A stretch of DNA of 64,000 bases, taken from a virus. The stretch lies in IMG/VR virus record IMGVR_UViG_3300024496_000011. One strand, given 5' to 3'. Below are positions 1-9,849 of this stretch, piece by piece. The position numbers and the translations under genes are program-made. The notes under the pieces were generated by a model. It had not been told where the DNA came from, ran no database searches, and was given only the letters and a program-made list of their open reading frames with translations. Positions within the stretch are counted from its first letter, which is position 1. Each line of letters starts with the position of its first letter.

Positions 1-91
1 AAAGATGATTTTGTTGTTCTGACATATCAATTCAACCTATTAAAAATTTATTTATCGCATACAACAAAACCTCCATGAGGAGGTTTCGAAG

Positions 92-739
92 TCACACGGA
101 AGGGGTTTGGTTTTGTATCGCCTTTAGTATTTTAGCGTCTTCTTCTTTCCATGTCAAGCGTTTTTGTAATCCACTATCAAATACAAGTAAATATCTGTGC
201 TTTCTACTCCGATCTCTCCATTCACCCTCTTGTCCTTTTATTTTTCCACGAGAGTGTTTAGTTCCGTCTGAATAATAGAAATCTTTTTTTCGATCCGTGA
301 GACCGTAGTACTTAAAGTTGCAAGCGCGATAAATTGTACCAGAATGGTGATCTGAATCAGCATAAGAAAGGATTGCTTTAACTTCAGTATCTTTCCGAAA
401 TTGTCTAATCGCCTTTGACACAAACCAAGAAGTGATGTTATATTCTCGTGACTGCGTACTAGGGTGGATGCAAAGTCTTGAGAGTTCAAAGAGTCCTTGT
501 TGTTCGTTTCTTTCAAGTCCAAATGCTCCTTTTGCTATTTCAGGTACTGGTAATCCAGTAAATATACAAACTCCTCGAAGACCGCCAATATTGAGAGGAG
601 AGAACTCATTTTTCTCAAAGAGTCCATAATTATATCCAGACTTAAAACTTTTGGAAATATCTTTTAAGTAATGATATTGCAATAAAAGATCTTCTGATTG
701 TTTCTTTGTTACTTTATCAATGTAGAAGTCGGACTTCAT
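92..739 (-). CDS. Mom-like (GNAT-fold) DNA modification protein
   Basis: ELSRLCIHP...AILSYADSDHHSGTIYRACNFKYYG resembles the Mu Mom family core (ELxR...YAD...GxxYxAxNF). Confidence 0.6.
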   Translation of the reverse strand: MKSDFYIDKVTKKQSEDLLLQYHYLKDISKSFKSGYNYGLFEKNEFSPLNIGGLRGVCIFTGLPVPEIAKGAFGLERNEQQGLFELSRLCIHPSTQSREYNITSWFVSKAIRQFRKDTEVKAILSYADSDHHSGTIYRACNFKYYGLTDRKKDFYYSDGTKHSRGKIKGQEGEWRDRSRKHRYLLVFDSGLQKRLTWKEEDAKILKAIQNQTPSV

Positions 740-909
740 TCAGGTTGCTTACACTCTAAAATATATTCCACAGTATTTGCTACATCATTCATAGCATCAC
801 GAAGGTGTGGTTGTTGTCCAGATTCTTGCTTCAGAATAGGTCTTGAATCATCAGTAAGAATCCAACGCCACTGTTTCATGGACTCACAATACCAAAGATT
901 AACTTTCAT
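736..909 (-). CDS. hypothetical protein (57 aa, MKVNLWYC start)
   Basis: ORF abuts the next gene with an ATGA overlap; internal Met at 909 chosen over the track start at 1020. Confidence 0.55.
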   Translation of the reverse strand: MKVNLWYCESMKQWRWILTDDSRPILKQESGQQPHLRDAMNDVANTVEYILECKQPE

Positions 910-1074
910 GTTTGAAGTGCTCCAATTCGACCCAGTTAAGGAGGGTTTGGAATGCACTGATAGAGGCAGGAGTGCAGTTATCTTCCTTAAGTTTTTGAAC
1001 ATAATATTCAAGTGCTTCAATGACCATTTGACGGTCTTGTTGTGAAATAAGTGACATTGGAGTTATAGAACTCA

Positions 1075-1145
1075 AGCCTCTAGACAGAATTGAACTGTCG
1101 TCTCCGCTTTACAAGAGCGGTGCATCACCACAATGCTTTAGAGGC
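1075..1145 (-). tRNA. tRNA-Thr(UGU)
   Basis: GCCTCTA/TAGAGGC acceptor stem, CCGCT-CTTGTAA-AGCGG anticodon arm, TTCAATT T-loop. Confidence 0.92.
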
Positions 1146-1148
1146 AAA

Positions 1149-1418
1149 TTAATCGACAGGCAACATTTCTGGATTTTCCAGTTCAAGTTCAAACATAAGA
1201 GGATGACACTCTTCCAACATCAAATAATATGATGCTTGATAAAGGTCTTCTGGTTCAAATCTTCTTTCGTTATCTGCTAATTTGATTAATTCCAAATCGA
1301 ACATTGATTCGTCTGGAAGGTCATCAAAAGTAAAAGGAATTTGATTTATGAAATACATCAGAACAATTTGGGTTCCGCGATTATACCAAATGTATCTGGC
1401 ATCAATACGGTATTTCAT
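1149..1418 (-). CDS. hypothetical protein
   Basis: 89-aa ORF between two tRNAs, preceded by a late-promoter-like TAAATA. Confidence 0.7.
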   Translation of the reverse strand: MKYRIDARYIWYNRGTQIVLMYFINQIPFTFDDLPDESMFDLELIKLADNERRFEPEDLYQASYYLMLEECHPLMFELELENPEMLPVD

Positions 1419-1458
1419 AAAGGTTCCGTACTTTTGTTTATTTAGAGGTAGAACCTCA

Positions 1459-1542
1459 TAGGAGCGGGGGGAATCGAACCCCCACGGTCATACGACCAGC
1501 AGATTTTAAGTCTGATACGGCTACCAGTTACGTCACGCTCCC
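1459..1542 (-). tRNA. tRNA-Leu(UAA)
   Basis: GGGAGCG/CGCTCCT acceptor, CTTAAAA anticodon loop, long variable arm, TTCGATT. Confidence 0.93.
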
Positions 1543-1550
1543 AAAAAAAC

Positions 1551-1754
1551 TTACGCTTGGTAAGTAATAGGATTATACTTGATAAACTCCCAAAATGTCA
1601 ACTTCATTTCTTTTTGTGACATTCCGCAGTGTTTTGCTGCTTTAGGGAGATTCCACTTTGCTGTAAAGAGTGCTTCATTTGCTTCTTTTACATTTTCGGG
1701 AGTGGTTTTGACTGGTTCCTCTTTGAGGTCTTTGTATGAAATTTTATAAACCAT
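1551..1754 (-). CDS. hypothetical protein, possible HTH (WNLPKAAKHCGMSQKEM)
   Basis: 67-aa ORF with HTH-like spacing. Confidence 0.6.
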   Translation of the reverse strand: MVYKISYKDLKEEPVKTTPENVKEANEALFTAKWNLPKAAKHCGMSQKEMKLTFWEFIKYNPITYQA

Positions 1755-1817
1755 ACTTTTTCAAAAAAGTAATAAGGGCAATTTTTACCGGGAAAATTTT
1801 TGGACCAAAAATGAAAA

Positions 1818-2000
1818 TTAAAGTGGATTTGCGTATGAGAGAGTCTCTTCATCCACTGCAGAACGAACAAACTCTAGCACATTCATAAATTCATCTACCG
1901 TATCACAGGTCACTTGCTTCTCTGACCCTTCGTTAGAATACAGATACACTGTACGCTTGATAGGGTCCACCACGCAGCGTGAGAGGTACTCGTCTTGCAT
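1818..2000 (-). CDS. hypothetical protein
   Basis: 60-aa ORF directly downstream of a sigma70-type promoter. Confidence 0.65.
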   Translation of the reverse strand: MQDEYLSRCVVDPIKRTVYLYSNEGSEKQVTCDTVDEFMNVLEFVRSAVDEETLSYANPL

Positions 2001-2025
2001 TCGGTCGTCCGTTGATTACCTAGGT

Positions 2026-2054
2026 ACTATAGGACCTTTGGGGTCATGTGTCAA
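2026..2054 (-). promoter_or_regulatory. sigma70-type early promoter
   Basis: TTGACA-N17-TATAGT on minus strand. Confidence 0.65.
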
Positions 2055-2361
2055 GGGTTTGTGGACGAGGCAGATCTCTTCTTTCTGCAAAAATCAAATA
2101 ATAAAAATCGGGGGGAAATCCATTTGTATCAATATGAACGGTCAATCCCTGAACTCTTTTAACAATCAATGACTGATTTGCTCCAATAGAAGTCAAATGA
2201 ACAGTTATTGTAGATGGATTAACTAAACCTTCCCATTCGGGAGGAAGATTAATATATTTTTGATTTAAAATACGACCTTGAACAAACAAAAGATGTTTAT
2301 CCGTTAATGGTTGTTCGTAATGAAGAGTTTTTGATTCATCTAAAGGATGTTGAAATTTCAT
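2044..2361 (-). CDS. stand-alone paralog of the C-terminal domain of 4418..5395 (tail-fibre-associated domain)
   Basis: F-x-HP...INLP.W..LV...TI.V.LT.IG..Q.L.V...IFAER.D shared with 4418..5395. Confidence 0.65.
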   Translation of the reverse strand: MKFQHPLDESKTLHYEQPLTDKHLLFVQGRILNQKYINLPPEWEGLVNPSTITVHLTSIGANQSLIVKRVQGLTVHIDTNGFPPDFYYLIFAERRDLPRPQTLDT

Positions 2362-3716
2362 AATACCACATTAGTTACAGTTGATACACCAAGATAGGTG
2401 AGTGCTTTATTATAAGTTATTATATCAGCACGATACGCAGATATTTGTTGTCTTAATCCCCAAATTTCAGATTGAATTTGCTTTCTTTCGTTCCTAAAAG
2501 TATTGGCGACATCTATTTTATAATTTAAAGTACTAATACCAGATGTAATATTAGTCTTCGCAGTATTTAGTTCTGTAATTGCATTTGTTAAATTAGTTTC
2601 TTGAGTTGGGCAAGGTGTTGATGTTGCCAATAAACTAGGAAGTTGAATTGCATCAACCGCAGTAACAAATCCAACGGCAACTCTTTGTCCGTTAAGATTA
2701 ACTGGATATGAAGTAAATCCAACAAGTGAATAATAAATTCCAGCACCAACATCAGGTTCAAAAGTGCTTGGATCTTCCTCATCTACCGCATCTGGATTCC
2801 AAGAAACTGGATTTGGATTTGATCCTGTATTATCATATGCAATAGAAACTCCAATTCCTATTGTACCCGTCGTCATAATTCCGATAGTCTGAGGAGAATA
2901 CGGATCTTTATCGGACTGAATTTCATAATCATCATAATTAAACTCAGTTGTAGATTTTAACACCGTAAAAGTCACATAAGATCCATCAGACTCTGGAGCA
3001 GAAGCAGTTTCTGTGGCAAAAGTATCAAGAGTTAAACTGGTAACTACAGATCCTGTAGTTATTCCGAGAATAGATCTATCCAAAGAAGTAGTCCCTATCC
3101 CAATAATATTACTTGAAGAAGGAAGAACACTTGATTTTGAAGAAGTAACTAATTGTCCTGTGCTAATTCCAATTGTAGAAGAAGATCCAACAACTGAAAG
3201 AACAGTAATTTTGTTTGATCCAAATGCAATCGTTCCTATGAAACTGGTAACAAAAGTATCACCAATATCCTTTGTTACTGGTTCATCATAATATTTAATT
3301 CCATATGCATTTTCGGGAGTATATCCAAAAGTATTATAATTACCATAAGTTGTAAACCCAACACCATCAAAATACTCAACATTTGGAAGTGTACCTGCAT
3401 ATCCAGCAAGAGAAAGTTGAGTTGCAACTAAAGTATAGGTTGTTCCAGCAAATCCAGTTTTTCTCCAAAAAACATCAGTCCTGCATCCTACATTAATACG
3501 ATTCTTATATGCAGCACCAACTGCTTCTATTTTAGCATTTACTGTTCTAACTTCTGATAAAACATCATTATCTAATGATGTAATAATATCGTCATACGCT
3601 CCTTTATTGCCATCAAGTTCGATAATTCTTTCAGAAGAATCCTCAATCGCACTATGAGCATCATCCAACTTAGTCTTTAAATCATCATTAAGAACTGTAT
3701 AATATCTTGGATCCAT
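2358..3716 (-). CDS. putative virion structural protein (Ser/Thr/Gly-rich core, coiled-coil ends)
   Basis: 452 aa; helical N- and C-termini around a beta-rich centre; lies in the tail module. Confidence 0.6.
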   Translation of the reverse strand: MDPRYYTVLNDDLKTKLDDAHSAIEDSSERIIELDGNKGAYDDIITSLDNDVLSEVRTVNAKIEAVGAAYKNRINVGCRTDVFWRKTGFAGTTYTLVATQLSLAGYAGTLPNVEYFDGVGFTTYGNYNTFGYTPENAYGIKYYDEPVTKDIGDTFVTSFIGTIAFGSNKITVLSVVGSSSTIGISTGQLVTSSKSSVLPSSSNIIGIGTTSLDRSILGITTGSVVTSLTLDTFATETASAPESDGSYVTFTVLKSTTEFNYDDYEIQSDKDPYSPQTIGIMTTGTIGIGVSIAYDNTGSNPNPVSWNPDAVDEEDPSTFEPDVGAGIYYSLVGFTSYPVNLNGQRVAVGFVTAVDAIQLPSLLATSTPCPTQETNLTNAITELNTAKTNITSGISTLNYKIDVANTFRNERKQIQSEIWGLRQQISAYRADIITYNKALTYLGVSTVTNVVL

Positions 3717-3743
3717 CTTTTTTCTACTTTTGAATATTTATTT

Positions 3744-4421
3744 TCATAACTCTAACCATTGTGAAGGGTGCGTTGACCCTTGATGATAATTAGAATGTTC
3801 TTTTTTTAAAGTGATTTTTATATCACCTGGAATTGTTATTCTTTCATCTCTTCTTTCTGTAAATTTTTGTGTAAAATGATGCACATGACTTGGAAACAGT
3901 AGTACGGTTCCTTCAATTGGCGTGATTGTATAATAATCGCAATTATATCTGTTAAATCCAAGAAGTAAGTTTCTTTGTTTTGATGTTTCAAATAATCCAC
4001 CAACAACTTCATTTTGATTGGATGGTTGATTTATGCAAAACTTATCAGAAGTTTCATCTGTATTCAAATAATACACGAAACTAATATTAGATTCATTGTG
4101 ATAATGTGGATTTAGTTCTGGAGTATCTTTGTCATGATATCCAATCCAGGATTTTATAATATGATAATCTAGTTTAGTATAATCAACATTCAAATGCGTC
4201 ATATACTCATCAATATTTCTTTTCAAGCTATCAAAAAAAATTTTATACTCTTTTTGGAGATGTAAAAATATTTTACCAGAAAACTCTGGACTTTCATTTT
4301 CATATCCATTAAACCAATATTCCTTTAAAACTTCCAAGTATTTGGATTTAAATTCTTTATGACAATCAACTTCTCCTTGATAAACAACTAGTGGAAATAT
4401 TTCATGTACCTTATTCATCAA
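3744..4421 (-). CDS. 2OG-Fe(II) oxygenase-like protein (TIGR02466-type)
   Basis: PHYHNESNISFVYYL...GTVLLFPSHVHH...RITI double-stranded beta-helix motifs. Confidence 0.75.
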   Translation of the reverse strand: MMNKVHEIFPLVVYQGEVDCHKEFKSKYLEVLKEYWFNGYENESPEFSGKIFLHLQKEYKIFFDSLKRNIDEYMTHLNVDYTKLDYHIIKSWIGYHDKDTPELNPHYHNESNISFVYYLNTDETSDKFCINQPSNQNEVVGGLFETSKQRNLLLGFNRYNCDYYTITPIEGTVLLFPSHVHHFTQKFTERRDERITIPGDIKITLKKEHSNYHQGSTHPSQWLEL

Positions 4422-5395
4422 CCACCATTAATAGTATATTCTTTATTATCTCCTGGATAGTCATTAGGTGTCAACCCCTCATATTCTGCAATATTTTTTG
4501 GCGTATCTTTTCTTTCCGCAAAAATAACGAAGTTGCAGTTGATAGGTCCACCAAGATTATTTCTTACAATAATACGTGTCCCCCATTCAATTTTATCAAC
4601 AAATAATTCCTGATACACTCCAATGGGTGTTAAAGATACTCCTATAGTCTCAACATCAACCAATTCTTTCCAGTAATCGGGAAGATTAATTATATTAGAC
4701 CCGCTAAGTTTTCCTCTAAAATAAACTTCTGCTGCAGGTCCTTCTATACAAATGTATCTTAATCGATGTTCACTCTTTGTTGGATGAGGAATATCAAATC
4801 CTTTTTTTGATGCAATTTTTGCTTTCAAAAGTGTAATTGTAGGACTACTGATTAATCCAGCAACAGTAAGTTTTCCACCTATTTTGACTAGTCCAGCTAC
4901 AGTTAATTTTCCACCAACATTTAATTTGGGTGCGATATTTGTTTTACCTACAACATTTACTTTGCCTATCCAATTTAGTTTACTTACAGCAGTTGTCTTT
5001 GGTGATATAAGTGAAACTGTTTTTGCATTAAAAATATTGATAAGTGTAGAGTTGATAGTCATTCCAACTGGACCACCCGCAGGATCACCAATCAAAAGAT
5101 CCGTTGGAGTAGGTGCAGATCCTCTACTACTCACCATCAAAATAGGTAGTGCATTTGTTTCTGGTGCTAAGTAGTTTTTGCTTCTACCTATCATCAAAGT
5201 TGCAGTAGGTCTTGGAAGAGGGTATGTAATAGGAGAACCGATTAACATTGGTCCTTCAACCCAAGCACTTCCATTAATAGGAGGAGTACCAGCACCACCA
5301 CCTAAAACAGTTGCGGGCAATCCAGGAACACCTCCAGGAAGGTTCGCTGTTACTTGAAATTGACCACCAACTAAAAGATTACCTAGATCGGGCAT
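4418..5395 (-). CDS. putative baseplate/tail spike protein with beta-helix repeats
   Basis: GGKLTVAGL repeats followed by the GFDIPHP...LRYICIEGP domain. Confidence 0.55.
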   Translation of the reverse strand: MPDLGNLLVGGQFQVTANLPGGVPGLPATVLGGGAGTPPINGSAWVEGPMLIGSPITYPLPRPTATLMIGRSKNYLAPETNALPILMVSSRGSAPTPTDLLIGDPAGGPVGMTINSTLINIFNAKTVSLISPKTTAVSKLNWIGKVNVVGKTNIAPKLNVGGKLTVAGLVKIGGKLTVAGLISSPTITLLKAKIASKKGFDIPHPTKSEHRLRYICIEGPAAEVYFRGKLSGSNIINLPDYWKELVDVETIGVSLTPIGVYQELFVDKIEWGTRIIVRNNLGGPINCNFVIFAERKDTPKNIAEYEGLTPNDYPGDNKEYTINGG

Positions 5396-5397
5396 TA

Positions 5398-6012
5398 TTA
5401 ACCTCCAATACTACCAATTAATTTTTTAAGACCATCAATAAATTGTAAAGGACTTACTGCTCCAGAAATAGGTCCAAAAATAAAATCACAATCCTCCAAC
5501 CAATTTCCAGGTCCTCTAATTTTAATATTTCCAGGAGAGGCAACTTGAACTTGTTTTTCTGCTGCAAGATTAATATTTGACGCTGCTTGAATATTAATAT
5601 TTGTTCTTGAATTAATTTCAATACCACCGTTGGCAGCAATTTGAACAAAACCAGTAGTATTACTACTACCACTAGCAATTAACTCAATGTCCTTTGCAAA
5701 TATTCTGATTCTACCATTTGGAGCACCTATAATCATATCACCATTTTTTGCATAGGTTACAAAAGAAACTCCATCAACAGGAGTGGTTCCACAAAGAATT
5801 TGGTATACTCCAGGGCATGAATTCCAAGTGGATCCATTAAATTTTCCAGAACTACCAAACCCCATAAAGTGATCAGATGCCTTAGATGGATTTGTATTGC
5901 GAATCAATGCTGCAAGTTTAGTTCCATCAAATGCAACATCACCAAATCTTAATTCACCTTGTGTTGTGCCTATACGAGAATAGTCCCAACTTGTTTGATG
6001 TCTATCACTCAT
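5398..6012 (-). CDS. gp5 C-terminal-like beta-helix protein
   Basis: GDMIIGAPNGRIRIFAKDIELIA...INIQAASNINLAA repeats; directly downstream of the gp5-like gene. Confidence 0.5.
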   Translation of the reverse strand: MSDRHQTSWDYSRIGTTQGELRFGDVAFDGTKLAALIRNTNPSKASDHFMGFGSSGKFNGSTWNSCPGVYQILCGTTPVDGVSFVTYAKNGDMIIGAPNGRIRIFAKDIELIASGSSNTTGFVQIAANGGIEINSRTNINIQAASNINLAAEKQVQVASPGNIKIRGPGNWLEDCDFIFGPISGAVSPLQFIDGLKKLIGSIGG

Positions 6013-8324
6013 TCTCTTTTACCTACACAATCTACAACTTCCAAAATTCCAACTCCAGTATCTCTTCTAGTAATTAAATTATTTCCTCTTAAGAATCTAA
6101 AGACTGGTTTAATTATTGCATTATATCCAGTATTACTATCTATACCAATCTCTGGAAGTTCAGTAAATCCTATACCAGTATTTTCTATAGTAATACCAAT
6201 AAGTTGACCATTATACCCAAACTTTGGAGTTAATTTTGTTCCATTATCTGGAGTAACAACAATTTTATCCCCATCTTTATATCCAAATCCAGGATCAGTA
6301 ATTTTAACATCAACAAGCTCAGATATTACGGGATAAATTCCTAGGTTTGGATCTTGAATATCTTCTGGAGGACACTCTGGAGCAGTGCTTGTCGTATCAA
6401 AAGCAGCAACAAATGGAGACTGTCCTGCAAACTGAACATAGTCACCTGTTTTGATTTGCATGATCTCACCAGGACTGTATGGATACTCCCAATTACCATC
6501 AGATCTTCTTATTGTTGATTGACATCTACTTGCCCATACTCTTCCATCACCTCCTCTACTTCCATCTGGTTTAGGTAGATAGTCAGTTCCACTATCAATC
6601 ACAACAATTTTAGTAATTCCTTTCACAATCTCTCCTGGTTTTGGTCCGATATCAGTACCACCAGTTCCTCCAACAATTCCACCAGTACCACCAGTACCAC
6701 CAGTACCACCAGTTCCACCACCAGTACCATCAGTTCCAGTTGTCGGTGGTACATAAGGAACATCACCAATTTCAGCAATAGCAACGGCACCTTTTCCTTT
6801 TCCACAAGAATCTTCAATATTCACAAATGGTGCTTTTGTATATCCATATCCAGAAGAAACAATATCTATACCTAAGATGTCACCTGCAGCACTTACAATT
6901 GCATTTCCAGTAGCACCTTTTCCACCTCCACCCCAGAATGAAATTTTTGGTGGTCCACAAAGAATTGGTCCAACATTACAAGAGTCACCAACACCAGCAA
7001 TCATGGAATTAATATCAAGATTAAACTTGAAATTATTCGGATCTACTATTGATGTCGCTGAAGAAATAATTGATTTTGCTGAGTTCATAATTTTACTCAC
7101 ATCCAAAGAAATTCCTGGAGAAGAAGATCCTTCTAAAGGACTCCATTCGGTAACTTCAGCACATTCTGCTTTCACATCACAAGTAAGAAAATCTAAAAGA
7201 GAAGAAATAGCATCAAGAATAGAATCAATTAATCCTTTAATAGCAGAAATAGTTCCCAAAACAGCATTTAGAATACCATTAACTGCAGATAATATCTGAC
7301 CAATTATCTGACCAACTAATTCAGTCAAAAACTTTTCGACCGCACAGGTTGCCATATTAACATAACGGTCAACAATAGAAGTTAAAAATTTCTCTATTAG
7401 TCCAGCAAGATTATCTAAAATTTTATTAAAGAGGCAAAGAATTAAATCAATTGCTGTTGCTTTTTTTTCTTGAAGTTGAAATCTTTGATTTAAAAATGCT
7501 GCTGCTTTTGCCTTATTAAGAGCCCAATTAATGCCCCTAATTACCATATCTTTTATATAACCAATCAACCATTTTACATATCCAGTTATTTTATCAGCAA
7601 ATCCATTGATTACTGATTTGGCTTCGTTTAAAAAGTTTTCTGCATTTGAAAGGGCACTATTAGGTCCATTGAGTTTATTTCTTAAAGCCTCAATGTCTTT
7701 CTTCATATTCTTAAGACCATTATTGATAGCATTACTATCAAAAGGTTTACATGCAGACGGAACAGCAAAATTTGAAGCTAACTTTGCAAAGTCATCATCA
7801 GACTGAGAAAACTTACAATCTGCTCCTGCTCCATTCAAGTTTGCAACTTTTGATTCCGCAATATTTGACGAAGGAACAACTGCCCATTGGCCAAGTCCAG
7901 CAGAAAATCCAGATTTTGGTGTGCAACCTTTTTGATTCTGACCTTCTTTCTTTTCAGGAAAAACACATAAAGAGTTATTAATTAAACTGGTAATATAGTA
8001 CTGCTTATTAAATCTACTCTTATGAATATTTACAAAAGAATCTGCAGCAAGTGGCATATACATCTGTAGACCAGCTTGCCCTGAAGGAAAATCAGTCTGT
8101 CTTATTGCATCAATTAACTGATCTTCTGGAGTATCTCCAGAATTTAAAAAACACAAACGAACCTTATATCTTTCAGACCAACCTACAGCATCTTTTCCCT
8201 TCTCACCACCGCGATTAGGAATACAAAATTGTTTATAGGTTTCGGCAGATATTTGACCTATTCCAATATATTCATACTCTTTATCAAAATCAAAGATATA
8301 AGGTTTGTTTGAGTAAAATGTCAT
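6009..8324 (-). CDS. gp5-like baseplate hub protein
   Basis: N-terminal divergent OB-like region (GWSERYKVR), helical middle, repeated I.V...G.GY motifs; 771 aa. Confidence 0.55.
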   Translation of the reverse strand: MTFYSNKPYIFDFDKEYEYIGIGQISAETYKQFCIPNRGGEKGKDAVGWSERYKVRLCFLNSGDTPEDQLIDAIRQTDFPSGQAGLQMYMPLAADSFVNIHKSRFNKQYYITSLINNSLCVFPEKKEGQNQKGCTPKSGFSAGLGQWAVVPSSNIAESKVANLNGAGADCKFSQSDDDFAKLASNFAVPSACKPFDSNAINNGLKNMKKDIEALRNKLNGPNSALSNAENFLNEAKSVINGFADKITGYVKWLIGYIKDMVIRGINWALNKAKAAAFLNQRFQLQEKKATAIDLILCLFNKILDNLAGLIEKFLTSIVDRYVNMATCAVEKFLTELVGQIIGQILSAVNGILNAVLGTISAIKGLIDSILDAISSLLDFLTCDVKAECAEVTEWSPLEGSSSPGISLDVSKIMNSAKSIISSATSIVDPNNFKFNLDINSMIAGVGDSCNVGPILCGPPKISFWGGGGKGATGNAIVSAAGDILGIDIVSSGYGYTKAPFVNIEDSCGKGKGAVAIAEIGDVPYVPPTTGTDGTGGGTGGTGGTGGTGGIVGGTGGTDIGPKPGEIVKGITKIVVIDSGTDYLPKPDGSRGGDGRVWASRCQSTIRRSDGNWEYPYSPGEIMQIKTGDYVQFAGQSPFVAAFDTTSTAPECPPEDIQDPNLGIYPVISELVDVKITDPGFGYKDGDKIVVTPDNGTKLTPKFGYNGQLIGITIENTGIGFTELPEIGIDSNTGYNAIIKPVFRFLRGNNLITRRDTGVGILEVVDCVGKRE
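6655..6745. repeat. 9-nt tandem repeats encoding a Gly-Gly-Thr linker
   Basis: ccaccagta repeated; protein TGGGTGGTGGTGGTGG. Confidence 0.8.
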
Positions 8325-8326
8325 TA

Positions 8327-8542
8327 TTAATCTTCGTAAACTCTACATTCTAAAGCTGCTGGATTTTCGTCACAATATAATTCCAGGGGTGTTGGATCAT
8401 GATCATCATCTGGGTGACTAACCTGATATTTTTCTAATGAATCAAGTTCACCTTCCAAGTGTCTTCTTCTCTGTGAACTTGTATTAGGATTATCAAGTTC
8501 ATCTCTATCATCATTAATGTGTTGTTGAAGTGATCTTTCCAT
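8327..8542 (-). CDS. cp12: CP12-like Calvin-cycle inhibitor
   Basis: C-terminal PLELYCDENPAALECRVYED matches the CP12 CxxxPxxxECxxY(E/D)D signature. Confidence 0.85.
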   Translation of the reverse strand: MERSLQQHINDDRDELDNPNTSSQRRRHLEGELDSLEKYQVSHPDDDHDPTPLELYCDENPAALECRVYED

Positions 8543-8553
8543 TTTAGGTTACC

Positions 8554-9825
8554 TTAAACTTTTACACCAAAAGAATCTCTAACTAGAGATAATCCAGTAT
8601 AAGTTTGTGTGGGAGAAATGTAATGACATAACTCCAATATCATATATATACCACTATCTTTGGGACTTCTAATCGGAGTATCCTTTGTAGACAGTTCTGG
8701 TAAGTCGCACTGAATAATATCTCCAGCATGTAAACTAAAGTCTGCTGGTATTTTGATTTCTGTCATAAAGTTTAATCTTTGTCGATAGTTTTGTATTGAT
8801 TGACCTATTGTTTCGGAAACATTGAAGTTTTCTTCTTTGGATTTTTTCAACTGTTGCTCCACAGAATCACCAGTTCCATATGCCATACCAATAGATTTTG
8901 GAGAAGCAAAGAAATTAGTTGGTTGTTTTGTATATTCGGTATAATCAGGAAGATCTAAACCTGCTAAAACTTTTCCAGCATCTTCAGCAATCAAAGGAGA
9001 ATTTTTTTCATAAACAAATTTGGTAAAATCAAAAGTTTCTGTAACAGATCCAAAGGCACTATAGTCTAACTGCTTTTCAACATCAGCAACTCTTACTGCA
9101 TTTGCATCTAAGATTTTATCATCATATCCTGCTGGTATTTCTTCATCAACTTTAAAGTTATAGATATATTTCTTGATTGGTTTCCCCTTAAATATCTCAT
9201 CTGCAGATTTGAAATGAAATCCTTTTGCAGTTTGCCAAAAGAAAAATCCAGCAGTCTTTCCACCTACCGTTGGAATTGCGATTGGTTGAAGTTCTAAGAT
9301 AACTTCAAATGGTTCTTTTCTTAATCCAAAATCAGAAAAAGTATTTAGAGTTTCACTAATGTCTAACTTCTTATCTGTTTTTAAATCATCCTTCAGAATA
9401 CTTTCAACTGTCTTGGAAATTTTACCGCTATATCTTTTCGTTACTCTATTCTTTAAAAGTTTATTATCTAAAAACTCTTTAGAAACAATTTGAGCAATAA
9501 AACTAGATGACTTAAAAGATCTTGTTTCAAAGTTTTTATGAGACAATCTTAATGAATTTCCGTCAGAAAAATCTAAAACATTTCCTACAGCATCAGTGTA
9601 CTTGAAGGAAACCTTTTCTCCTCCCTGAAGTTTAAGTGCTTCTGCTGCAGAAAGTCCAGATTGTCCAGTGTCAACAACGGCAGCACTAATTCTAATAGTA
9701 TGATCAATCATACTTTCACGATACTCAATTCTAGGAGCACCAGTTCTCACATCAAAAGAACTGCCACCAGTGTTTGATGATATTTCAAATAGATTTGCTG
9801 TAGATGCTTCCTTACTTCCAGGCAT
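8554..9825 (-). CDS. gp27-like baseplate hub protein
   Basis: 423 aa; FFFWQT..GFHFKS and late I.ADFSLHAGDII...SG.Y.I.EL.H pattern of contractile-tail hub proteins; synteny. Confidence 0.55.
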   Translation of the reverse strand: MPGSKEASTANLFEISSNTGGSSFDVRTGAPRIEYRESMIDHTIRISAAVVDTGQSGLSAAEALKLQGGEKVSFKYTDAVGNVLDFSDGNSLRLSHKNFETRSFKSSSFIAQIVSKEFLDNKLLKNRVTKRYSGKISKTVESILKDDLKTDKKLDISETLNTFSDFGLRKEPFEVILELQPIAIPTVGGKTAGFFFWQTAKGFHFKSADEIFKGKPIKKYIYNFKVDEEIPAGYDDKILDANAVRVADVEKQLDYSAFGSVTETFDFTKFVYEKNSPLIAEDAGKVLAGLDLPDYTEYTKQPTNFFASPKSIGMAYGTGDSVEQQLKKSKEENFNVSETIGQSIQNYRQRLNFMTEIKIPADFSLHAGDIIQCDLPELSTKDTPIRSPKDSGIYMILELCHYISPTQTYTGLSLVRDSFGVKV

Positions 9826-9849
9826 AGTTGTTATTTACCGTATTACTAT

